DNA of 64,000 nucleotides from the NCBI GenBank assembly GCA_965637545.1, contig OZ281499.1:7936001-8000000 (forward strand), given 5' to 3'. Shown piece by piece: positions 24,101 to 34,800 of this stretch (its first letter is position 1; every line of letters starts with the position of its first letter). The stretch comes from Phallusia mammillata (lineage: Eukaryota). The translations under genes were made by a program, and so were the position numbers. The notes below the pieces were generated by a model, which was given only the letters and a program-made list of their open reading frames with translations, did not search any database and was not told the DNA's origin.

Positions 24101-26824
24101 ACATCCATTCACATTTGTCTCAACAAACACTAAATCTGTTGCTGTTCTTAGAACACGGGATACAACATATTTGATGTGGACTTTTACACTCCCGCGGACA
24201 CAATGATGGCACTTAAACGTCAAGGCATGCTCATTCGTAAAAATCCTATCTCTATGGAAATGCTACCTGGCCCACCTATTCCCCTACCACCTCGAATGAA
24301 CCTAAACGTAAACAGAAAAAGGACCCGTCCCGAATCACCACCCCGGGCCCCAAGATACCCAGTACCCCCTAAACGTAGGGACTATTCACCCCCACGCCAG
24401 TCACGCTCACCCCCTCGCAGAGAGCAAGTGCCCCGAAGAGAACGCTCACCGCCACGTAGGGAACGCTCACCCCCACGAAGGGAGCGCTCACCCAAACGGC
24501 GGGGACGCACCCCACCTAGACGTGGGTATTCACCCTTAAGGCGAGGACGATCACCCCCAAGACATGAATTTTCACCCCCAAGACGGGGATATTCACCTGA
24601 GAGACGGGGACGGACTCCCCCACGCAGGTCACCAGACTTCCAACAAAAGAGACCACATGGTAAACGCTTGATGTTAAAGAAGTATTATGCAACATATTTA
24701 TAGTACGCCAGGCCTATTAAAGGCGCCATACCGAAACAGCCGGTTTTCCAAGCATTCCCATATGGAAAGGCACAGGCTAGAAAAATATAAGCTGCGGGGG
24801 AATACAAGGCAGGCAAGGGTGCTTGTGATTGGACTTTTGGCGGATTCTCCACTGAGCCTGTGTAGCTCAGTTAGTAAAGCGCGAGTCCCGGAATGACTCC
24901 TGTCGAGAGTTTGAATCCCACCGCAGACTAGATTTTTCTTGTCTGTGCCTTGCCATATGGGAATGCCTTGAAGACCGGCTGATTCGGTACAACGCCTTTA
25001 AAAACCCTGGCGTACTATGATATATCGATAAGTATGCCGCGATCGCTGATCTGCATGGACGCTTCAGTGCTGATCCCAGTATGAATATGAATATGAATAT
25101 ACTGTTGCTGCCAGGCATAATGTATCAACAAAATTTCAGCTCTTCCGGCAGTTTTTATTTTAATATGCCAGTATGAATATATTCATCGTAAACAATCTTA
25201 TGATAAAATCAGCCCCCAAACCAAGCCCCCAAACAACACCTTGTACATAGTTATAGATTGCCACTTACACAACTACTGAACAAAGTGGTTGGAGCATTTA
25301 TAGATGTTTAAAAGCTCGCGGGAATAGTTCTGCTTCTAAAACTGTTAAGCCAAAACCTAGAACTAGAACGAAACAAAGCTTAACCGTTTAGGCTTTGCTT
25401 TCCTCGCAATGTAAACGGGCATAAACAGCCAAGTTCACTGTCAATGAACAACAGATTAAGCGGGTGAGGTTTGGTTTTCAGTATGTAAGTAAACGTCAAT
25501 CACCTCTGTCCGAAAAATTTGCAATGGTGATGTCAGAATTTGTCGAGCGTTTTATGGTACCTACAAACCCCAAAACATATTTATACTGTATGCCAATTAA
25601 CAATCCTCTCAGATTTTAAGCTTAAACAAAAGAATCAAGAAAAACTTCTTATTCGCTGGTACGGTTTTGTTTTGGTAGAAAGTCGATGGAAACCTGTTAG
25701 GCCAAGAACTCCACCCTCCACACGGCAAAGGGAGTCGTCACCTGTACTAGTAAAAAGTATTGAAACGATAAAGGTTAGTTTTAATTGTTAAACTGCGTCT
25801 TTGACGTTTCCATACATTGTCATAGTTTGGTAGATATCTGAAATATGGAGTCAACACTTGCCTACATTCAGCTGCAGACAGTGTGCACTCTTTCGTAAGG
25901 TCTCATGTGACAAGACATTGGCCGTAGGGCTGGTGAAGCCACGGCACTCTAGTTAGTTTGGCAGCAACGAAAATCAATGCAATTAACAGGAGTGCTGTAA
26001 GCTGGCCGGTGTGCACTACATACAATTTGATTCTAGTCAAGTTTGCACAATACCGTGACCACCTGGTTATTTCGAAACCATTGAAACTTAGTTTAAGTGT
26101 GTGTGCTTATTCTTTCTGTTAAACTACCGTCCCAGATCCGTTTAAAAAAGCAATTTCTTCTCGTAACAGGTTGATCCATTCCCGGAAAATCCATTTGACT
26201 ACCGACTTGCGCAGTTTAACCCCGACAAGCCCGCTGGACAATGTGCAATACAAGTGATGGAGGTACATTTGCATTATTACAATGTACAATAACGTCGTAT
26301 CGGGCGGTTGTCAGTTTGTTATAGGAGCTTTCCAGTTGCATATGGCTGAAACGGAAAAATTCTGTTAGGCGCCTAACTGTTTACAGAGATACTATTTAGA
26401 ATGTTGTTTTATAGTTATCCTTGTCAGATGTTAACGCCCGACTTCCTTTGTGCACACAATAGTTCGCCGTTATTTGGCTGTTTTTTTGCAAGTAGAGCTT
26501 TTAAAGTTGACGTAACTTAAGACAAAATATGAAATAGACACAATCAATTTTTTTTAAGACGTTGTGTATTTGGACTAAGGAAAAATCTTTTAAGTACAAT
26601 ATATATAGCAACCTTACTTAAATATGAATTTTGTGCTATAGGTGTGGTGTGTTTTTAAATTAAACGGTTTTTGTATTATTTAGGGTTACTTCTGCCAGTT
26701 GTGCCGAAAGTTTTACAACTCAAAAACGGCAGGAAAAATAACTCACTGCAAGACGAAGGGCCACTACGACAAATTGAAGGAGCACCTAGAAAAACTCAAG
26801 CGGAAGAAAATGAACCAAAAATGA
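12103..26824 (+). CDS. RNA-binding protein: 3 quasi-RRMs (hnRNP F/H/RBM12-like) + Pro/Met/Gly-rich tract + RS/SP heptad repeats + C-terminal matrin/U1C-type zinc finger
   Basis: Phase-consistent exons: 12103-12193, 12383-12515, 12567-12664, 13871-13938, 14016-14073, 14370-14694, 14753-14866, 15340-15526, 16286-16345 (tentative), 18454-18538, 19151-19268, 19474-19607, 19962-20047, 20190-20236, 20664-20923, 23765-23871, 24152-24659, 25679-25773, 26170-26262, 26684-26824 (TGA); ~935 aa. qRRM segments: FIMKLNGLP..GEPTGRAYLEL, FVRLSKLK..GTVFVV, YMRMYNLPEQANTDDIKQFF. Final exon GYFCQLCRKFYNSKTAGKITHCKTKGHYDKLK resembles the Matrin-3 C-terminal finger. Confidence 0.75.
12899..13277. mobile_element. 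Tc1/mariner-superfamily (Tc2/pogo-like) MITE in an intron
   Basis: TIR CCGTATTTACT / AGTAAATACGG; TA on the left (right side AA, mutated); internal GGCGGCTTA(C/T)A repeats. Confidence 0.8.
13425..13755. mobile_element. Non-autonomous hAT (Charlie-type) MITE in an intron
   Basis: CAGGGGTTCCC...GGGAACCGCTG; exact TSD GTCTAGGA (13417-13424 / 13756-13763). Confidence 0.92.
16947..17469. mobile_element. Non-autonomous hAT element with many GGTTCG subterminal repeats
   Basis: TIR CAGGGAGTCGAACC / GGTTCGACTCCCTG; exact TSD GTTATAAT (16939-16946 / 17470-17477). Confidence 0.93.
20345..20598. mobile_element. Degenerate hAT (Charlie-type) MITE
   Basis: Right end TTGCCGACCCCTG, decayed left end TAGATGTCGGTAA; near-TSD ATGTACAC / AAGTACAC. 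Confidence 0.7.
20971..21085. mobile_element. Fragment of an Ac-like hAT MITE family (AGAGTTGTAAGCGGGCC end)
   Basis: Same terminal motif and CCCGA/CCTGA subterminal repeats as 31483-31784 and 60268-60516. Confidence 0.55.
21292..23697 (-). mobile_element. 2.4-kb internally deleted hAT transposon (ZnF-TTF / ZMYM1-like, Tip100-type) in an intron
   Basis: TIR CATAGGCGCCCACTT / AAGTGGGCGCCAATG; exact TSD ACCAGAAG (21284-21291 / 23698-23705); contains transposase remnants. Confidence 0.93.
21848..23356 (-). pseudogene. Disrupted hAT transposase (TTF zinc finger + C-terminal hATC dimerization domain; central catalytic core missing)
   Basis: MSKQPTIKSFF..RKFQQSWIEEFHWIDYD..CKVC..FNNWKK..LKHHESKHH (ZnF-TTF), then LPSTS*EAERSFSTLRRIKTYLRSTMSQERLN (hATC); several stops and frameshifts. 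Confidence 0.88.
24374..24634 (+). repeat. Coding tandem repeat, ~12 units of 7 aa (21 nt), consensus RRxRSPP / RRGYSP
   Basis: RRDYSPP RQSRSPP RREQVP RRERSPP RRERSPP RRERSPK RRGRTPP RRGYSPL RRGRSPP RHEFSPP RRGYSPE RRGRTPP RRSP, read within exon 24152-24659. Confidence 0.9.
24700..24803 (-). mobile_element. Partial inverted copy of the adjacent SINE body
   Basis: ~105 bp, roughly 80% identical by eye to the reverse complement of 24913-25018. Confidence 0.8.
24856..25100 (+). mobile_element. tRNA-derived SINE (~245 bp) with (TATGAA)3 tail
   Basis: tRNA-like head with A-box TAGCTCAGTTAG (24863-24874), B-box GTTTGAATCC (24909-24918) and 6/7-bp acceptor stem; irregular anticodon arm; unique body; tandem 6-mer tail. 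Confidence 0.8.
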
Positions 26825-28836
26825 CAGATAACTTATTTTGCGTACGCCGTACACCATACCAGTGGTACGTAAAACGGTATTTCATAACCAAGTTGTATTT
26901 TTGGTCAGTAATAACTTATATGTAGAAGTCTAATTGTATTATTGTGTTACAATAATAAGCAAAAAATTGATGTTACCTAAAAACCGTTTCTCTTTTTTAG
27001 AAACTGCAGTTTTGTATCTGATGGCATTGTGAAGAACAGCTGGAAGCAACTGTACCATTGAAAACTGCTGCATTCATGCTTTCGCCATAAGTGCCGTACC
27101 TTGTGCTATAAGAAAACTAATACCACGCAAGTTACTATAAGGAACTTGGAACGCTATGTGCGTAAATGTGGTGTCTCAATGACCATTTATAGTACGTAAT
27201 CTTATTGAATGCACTTTCTGGTCAACAATCGCCCACTATGTCCTGGAGAGCTGAAAGGGTCGATAAATTGCGGCCAAAGTCGGTTGAAAAAAGTTATTTA
27301 ATGTACTTTCTGGATTAAAAATTGCTGAAAGGCACCAAAAAGTGCGACCAAAAGTTGTACGAAGAAGAAATTAGTTAATGTACTTTCTGGCCCACTTTGC
27401 TCTTAAAAATAAAAAAGGGCTAAAAATGGGCACATTATTTGCCCCCAAAGGCGGTCAAAAAGGCTAAAAAAGTTGTGGTAAAGACAACAACCGTAATGTT
27501 GGATTGGTTTATTGTAAACCGGTTCGATTAACACACTACACATAAAATACACAGCGCACAAGGGGATTTGCAAATGACAAAACTGAATGGCAAAGCGGGT
27601 AAGCTAATAAACACTTGGTTTTGGAACTTCGGTTGAACGTGGAACGAGTTTTTAGGTTAGTTTGAAGAAAGTTGAAATGTTTAATTAGTGGAAGGTTTGA
27701 GACAAGCATAGGCACAGCTGTATTCCCGCGCAGACCAAAGGCATGTAACGCACTAAACAAAAAGAATAAAAACACAAAGGCCAAAAGCAGCCCAGTTGGA
27801 TGTACAAGCTCGATGCAAAAACATAGATTCCTGTTACTTCCAGGAATAACAGAAACGTAAACACAGCAACAAAACCAAACCGAGAAAATCCGTAATTTCT
27901 TCGCGGGGCGTTAATCGCTGTAGCGAATAGCACAGTAACTAAAGTCATTTTAAGAGTCAAAACAATTTTGCAACTTGGAAAGCATTAAATTTTGCCAAAT
28001 AAGTTCGAAATACGTGTACAATGAATTTAATCTCAATTTGGTACAAAACTTGAAGTGAAATTGCACAAGTATAGAAAAAATGTTTGTTTACTAAAGCAAG
28101 CATTTGTAAATTATGAGGTTAAGGGTTTTCTTTGAACCATCATCAGTGTAAATTATGCAGCAGGTTTCAGTCAACAAGAGAACAACAAATGAGAACAGAA
28201 AACTATACTGTGAGCAGACAACAAATTAAACACTTTAAACATTTATAGCTGCATTTATGTTGTTTGGTAATGTAATGCTAATAACAAGTATTCACTGTTA
28301 CAAGCAAAGATTTTTTGACACTTGGTAGTGTAAGCGTCCAAATTGAATATCTTGACAAAAGGAATTTTGGTATTTAAGACTTCGGACATAATAATCAGAA
28401 ATACCAAATCTTGATCGCAGGAAATTTTGCTACTTTGCACGTGTAAGCAAATCACAAACTACATAAAAGAGGTTTTGAATTAACACAATGGACACCAACC
28501 GATAATCTTCCATAAGGTATGTTACGTTGTGATGTACCCAACAAAAAAGGTATTTAGTTCCAAAAACCACGTAAATAAATCGCTAAAAGCAAGCAACTGA
28601 TAAGGCGCAGATTTCGATGCATCACCCCGCGCATAGTACATAGAGATCATGCTAAAATAACAAAACGCTTAAGTGTAACAAAACTATAGTAAACAGTTCC
28701 CAAAATACCAGTGCACATAAAAGCCAAACGGAGTAACTAACAACAAACGCATAATAACAACCAAATCGTAACTCGTTGCTAATGTGACAGTACCGCCGCC
28801 AATAGTCACAGTAAAATTCTCAAAGCCGGCCGTCGG

Positions 28837-31800
28837 CTAGCAATTAAGAGACGGCTCACAGTATCCAAGGACCGTCGTTGTGGCATTAAACCAGTTGCAG
28901 CAATTGCAGGATATTGTGCTGTTGGCCCTGTAAAATTAATGGTCGTTAGACGTTAGTATAACAGTATCAATAAATTGGCGAGATGTAACGTTTAACAAAA
29001 AATAGACCCGAACCTGAATTTGAAAGCCCAATGATGTTTTACGTACCAAACAAACCATTTTAGCAGATAAACTGACACAAAGAACTAATGGATGTACGAA
29101 GCAAATCATTACACACTCTGTGTGCATGTACGTGTAACATTCTGGTCAGTAGTGCACTCTCCGATGCGAAATGCATATTCCTTTAAAAAAAACACTACCG
29201 AAAAATCATGCTGATGACCCCTGTGTACATTAACATTGTGAAAAAGGATGAAATTTTCGTATGTTAGGGGAAAAATTGTTTTGTTTTTGTATGTAAAAGA
29301 CATATATATGTGGTGCAAAAATTTGTTGGTGTACTTACATGGCTTCCGGTCTTGAACAGCATTCTATCAGACGGTCGGTTTCAGTGTAAGTCCAGTTCGT
29401 TGATGCCAACATGTTGTCGCATAAGATTGGTCGTGGAACGTAAAGAAAGCCTAAGAAACAGGTGCAACAAATATATTACTATTCGCACAAAATGGTTACC
29501 AGACCCGTAAAATCTACTAACACAAGAACTCACATCAGACAAGGTTGCTAAATTTCATTAGGTAGCGCAAGGGCAGTCGCGAATATTTCGAATGCAATTT
29601 GTGTAAAAATGCTGACAGTTAGAGCTATCAGGGTTGGGGTGAGGTTTCATAATGATAATAGCAATACCACCAACTTAAAAACTTATTTCCAAACGCTAAA
29701 TTTACTTCCTAACCCTAACCCAGTCTTGATATTATCTTAATTAAATCGCTGCGCCCTCTTTTATCTATCGGTATTTTACAAATTTTTATGTTGTGGGTTC
29801 TTCTGTTGGTAGCTCTACCGTCAAACTCGTGTTTCTCAAGGGGCTACTCTAAAATACGCAATCTACGCAATCTGTACGCAATCTACTAGTAAAACTAATG
29901 AAGATGTTGACGGTTAGGGCTATTAGGGTCAGGGTAAGGGTTTGAAATGCAAATAACTTTATAATTCAATGTCAAAAACTCTTTTAGGCCCACTTTTCTT
30001 ACAAATGTGAACATGCACCATACAGTGTTTAGTACAACCCACAACACACACAAGAATATTAAGCCCAAAATGGGTATCCTAAATTAAATTACAATGTTAT
30101 TTTTATTATAAACCCTCACCCACACCATAAAAGCCCTAACCGTCAACATTTTCATTAGTTTTTCTAGTAGATTGCGTATTTTAGAGGAGTCCTTTATCAA
30201 GCCGAGCTCCTGACATATACTTTACAAAAATACTTTTTTATCATTTTATGTTTCCAGGTCCGCGAAAACGTATGCGGAAGCAAAACAATCATTCGTGGCC
30301 TAAATTCATTGACCAATCTTAAGTAAATCTCGTTATCGTTAAAAAGCTGCGTTTAGAAAAAAACAATTGAACGATGCTTTAAAAATGCAGTGGCCCTAGT
30401 TAACCTTTTATAAAAGAATTAACCTGTCCTGATCGGTCGAAACGAATGCGCTTATTTAACCTTAACACCGATAAAATCTAATATTTAGCGTCGAAAATCG
30501 GATTCATATCGGGTCAAACTTGACATCAGGTCACAGAGATCCCAAATACGTCATTGATTGGGTTTTTGTCTAGGTATCCTGTCACACAAGTGAATCGCAG
30601 CCTCGCAGGCAAATAACAGTCACCGTTCCCATTATACATATTATCCTAGCCACACTAAAACCAAATGAACTGTGACGTAAGATAATTTACGAGGCTTAAG
30701 CGATAAACAGATTCATTTTATGTCTACTTTGCACAACCAAAAAGCATGACAACCACGCTGTTATAATTACACATTAGGATTTTTGCGACGTAATATTTTT
30801 GGACCCATGTTCTAGCATCTAAATCACCACAGAGACCTAACTTGTGTAAGCGCATTTAAAGCTTTAAATGTATACATACCTGCAACACAAGCGTTCAGTA
30901 TACTGACAAATATTCCAGCGATAAGAGCCCGAAGAACAATCTTGGCCATTTCGCTTTGGCGCTTGGGAGCCATGCTTCCTGTAGAAAAGAAATGAAAGTT
31001 TACCCTTCAACGCAAAATGGTCTGTTTAGTGTACTATTTACAAAACATCAACCACTATTTACAAAACATCAACCATTTTTTTCGTAAAATGTTACATAAC
31101 CTTTATGTCAGATTTTTTTTCATACTGACTAAGCATCACTTACCTAGACCTCCCAACATTATTCCTAAAGATCCAGCGTTAGCAAATCCGCATAGAGCAT
31201 ATGTCACAATGGCTTCAGTTCTTTCGTCAACCCATAGTGTTGCCCCAGTTTCGGGGTCGTTTCGAGGAATGGTGCCATTGTCTCTGTTATCAATCATTAC
31301 TGCCAGTTCTTCATATGCGATGAACTCGTTGAGAAAGACTTTGGTGCCTACTAGTTCAGCAGCCTATGCAAAAAATGAATAATTTCATGTTATTTCGTCC
31401 TTTGAAAATATGACCTGAAATTAAAAGGTAACAAAATATCGTGCCTGATTTGTGATTGGTTCGCATAAAAAATACTGGGTGCGAGAGATGTAAACGGGCC
31501 TGAAATTGGAGCCCGAACCCGAAAGTATAACCCCGAAACCGAATCGTTTTATAGAAGTCCGTTTAGGCCCGAAAGTTTGATTGACAGGCGTATACATTTA
31601 AGTCTCAGGAAAGACCAAGACAGCAAACACAATAGACAATTGGCCTTGAACAAGACGTTTTAGGGCTTTTGACATTAGGTCATGTCTAGCAACTGGCTAC
31701 TTAGCTCAGGCCCGAATTAGGTCTGTTTTTAAAGCACGGTTTAATAAAGAAACCTAAGCCCGAACCCGAACCAGGCCCGACTTGCTGGGCGCAATAGTGT

Positions 31801-34800
31801 GTGAGCTGCCTAAAAACCTAAGCTAATTGCGTTTGTACCAGGCAAACATGCAGTGCAATGCACGAATATCGGTCGTTAGTTGTTGTCAGGACAGAATAAT
31901 CAACACGTTATTTGAGCAAGTTGTGCAATCCAAACAAACAACGGGTCGTGACATACCAAGCAAAGTCCAAGACAGAATTAACATAATGCGCAATCGCTAG
32001 TGATGGGACGGGTACTCGGTACTCGGTATCGATGGTATCGAGCGATTTCAGTGGTATCGATACTCGTACTCGGTATCGAAATATTTTGTCTCAGTTTTCG
32101 ATACCAACGTGCGAGTACCGAAGGCCGATTTACACCATAAGAATACGGGCAACTTTTGGCCTATATTTGCTTCGGACAGCACAAAATCAGGAAAAAGGTT
32201 CCGCCAGGTTACGTATATCATTTTCGCTATCATGTGGAGATTACATTTTTCGGCATGTGTGTGTGCACGCCTGCACCCCGACCACGGCAAAAAAATTAGC
32301 CAGTGATATACAACTAAGTACAACACTACACTTAAGTACTCGGTAATCGTACTCGGTATCGAAGGTATATACATGTGGTACTCGTACTCGGTATCGGTAC
32401 TCGCTTCATAACCTGGTATCGTCCCATCACTAGCAATCGCACTAACAAACCAGCTAGGATTTTCAGCTGATTCCAAGCTTTGCATTAACGATTTACTTGC
32501 TGCTGTTTAATGTTTATATTTTTCAAGTTTTCCTTTAAAAAACGAAATGTGCGTATTCAATTCTGTTTGAAACCCGGTTGTACATTTTCGTTTTAAACAC
32601 TTAGTTTTAAACTCCATTTTAATTTCACCATTTTTAACCATTTTAACCATTTTAACGCAATTTTATGTGCATGACTGCAATTTTTTAGTTAGGATTTTAT
32701 GGTATTGCTTGATCGTCTCAATGCAACAACCCCAACAAACAGCTAAAAGGCCATTTTGGTTCCCGCAAAAGTATAATTTTAATACGCACAAGTAGACCAC
32801 GAATGTTTGCAGATTATAGTTTACTGCAAGGACAATATTTACCTTGAAACAATCGCTCCAACTGATGCCCATGAGGTATGTGATTGGCATAAACACGTAC
32901 GAACAGATCAACTGAAACAAAAGGCATAATTTGAAAGCATATGACTAACGTTAAATGTTGGCACTATGTGTGTATTTAAAGATTTTTGTCTACAGCTTTG
33001 CAAACAACTGAATCAGTAAGGTGCTTTTAAACACCAGAGAATAGGTACAACTGGTCCTGATGTGAGTATTTTCCTATTGCTGTTCAATAAAAAAGTTTAA
33101 ATCGATACAATAAATTTCTTGGCAATATTACTTTAAGCGACGGTCAATGTAAAAGACTTAAAACGACTATGTAGAACTTGAAACCGGAATACTGATTTCA
33201 CTGTAGTTTTCCAGCAAAAAAAATGAAACTAACCTCAAAACTCAGTTGTGGAAAATCCAACAAGCCCCCAAACCAACCAAGGAATCCGTTGATGGCAGCC
33301 AAAAGTGACAGAAAAGCGATAAGGTTGCCACCAATGTTCAGCACCAAAGGTATGGCCTGTGATGCCCCGACAAAAGCGGCTTCAATTACATTTCTCTGGT
33401 CCCTGGTGAAATAAACAAGTTCTTGTTGGTGGAAAAATGTTGTTGTTTTGTTGAACGTGAGCAAGGATTGGTGACGATTTGACTTAAAAGGAAATAATTC
33501 CATTCATAAAATATTAAATTTATGCACATTTTTGGAGATGACAGGCTTAGAACCCAACTAAAACCAATTTGCATAAACAAATCGTACCACGATGTTTCCC
33601 AATAAAGCAGAAACTTAATATTTCGTGAGTTGCAGTATTTCCTTTTCAGTTAAATCGTCAAAAACATTTTAGCGTTGTATTTGTCCAAACTCGGTTTAAA
33701 CAAGAGATGTACCGAATATTCGGTCCGGCCACTTTTGCAAATTTTTTACGAACACAAATTTAAAGTGTTAAACGTGTCTTTTAACTTAATAAGGTAACTC
33801 GCAAGACGCAAACTATCAAAAAACACTGTAACTAAAATGGCGTCGATTATTATAATTTTTAAAACATTATCGTTTTCCCACTACCGTAGACAAAAAAAAT
33901 CCGTAATTGTTTGGCAGGTTGGCAACTCTGTATGAGGCAATGTTAAGGACAAAACACAGCTATTCTGCACTAATTGCCGTGTAGATAAACTTATGTTTTC
34001 GTGTCAAGCATACAACTTCACGTGGCGTCATGAATGATTTGGTTGATTCGGCCGAATTTATTCGACAAAACTGCCGAATATTCGGTTTCGGCCAAACCGA
34101 AATTTAACCGATTCGATACATAACTAGTTTAACATTACAATTTCGAGGTTCGTACGTTTTTTCAAGTATAAGGCCTTCTGTGGTAGTGAACTTCGACTTC
34201 TTGGTTTCAGGATAAACCAATTTCGCCGTGGCAAGCGCACACGGGGCTGCCATGACGCAAGCAGTGATGACGTAGACAGCCTGAATCTAAAATGAACAAG
34301 CAAGGCAAATTTTAGTTCTGAAAAATGTACGTGCCCAACAACAAACAAACGCATAATTTTTGCAAAAACTATCATTCTATCTAATCACTTTCATTAATTT
34401 CACAGTGTTTCATTTGCAGTTCGACTGTGTTTAGTATCGTCAGAAAAAAATAAGCACATTATTTTTAACTACAACAATCGTGTCGTTTTTAGGATGTCAG
34501 TAGTAATTTTAGTTTGCTCAACCACTAAACCAGACACAAGTGATAAACAACTCACCCCAAATCCTAGGTAGGCTCCAAGGACACTTCCAGCGATTGTACC
34601 AAACCCGGCTACCATAACAGCATGTAGTTCGGAAGTTGTAAGGTCGTTAATATAAGGACGAATCAACAGAGGTGATTCGGTTTGGCCCACAAATATATTA
34701 CCTGTTTAACGAACAAGGTGTTGTTTGTTAAAATCTGTAAACGACCAACAATAAAAAAATACAATCGAACATAAAGCTTACAACACGTTATTTTGTTTGT

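Noticed and set aside
24856-24930. tRNA-like sequence with A and B boxes
   Set aside because: Not called as a tRNA gene: the anticodon arm is irregular and it continues into a SINE body with a tandem tail.
27208-27390. Three spaced copies of AATG(T/C)ACTTTCTGG (27208, 27300, 27377), superficially CRISPR-like
   Set aside because: Eukaryotic context, 14-bp repeat, uneven spacing, no cas genes; more likely a decayed minisatellite or TE interior.
27536-27960. Two overlapping hydrophobic minus-strand ORFs that would join into a membrane-protein-like sequence with one frameshift
   Set aside because: No recognisable family; hydrophobicity is expected from a T-rich strand; the position is compatible with the CNT 3' UTR or intergenic DNA.
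29620-30140. TAACCC/TTAGGG-like motifs suggesting interstitial telomeric repeats
   Set aside because: Only 1-2 imperfect units each, embedded in dispersed MITE interiors that recur at ~49.8 and ~51 kb.
32032-32485. ORFs of 104 and 145 aa
   Set aside because: They lie within a non-autonomous hAT element and come from its GTACTCG/GGTATCG subterminal repeats.
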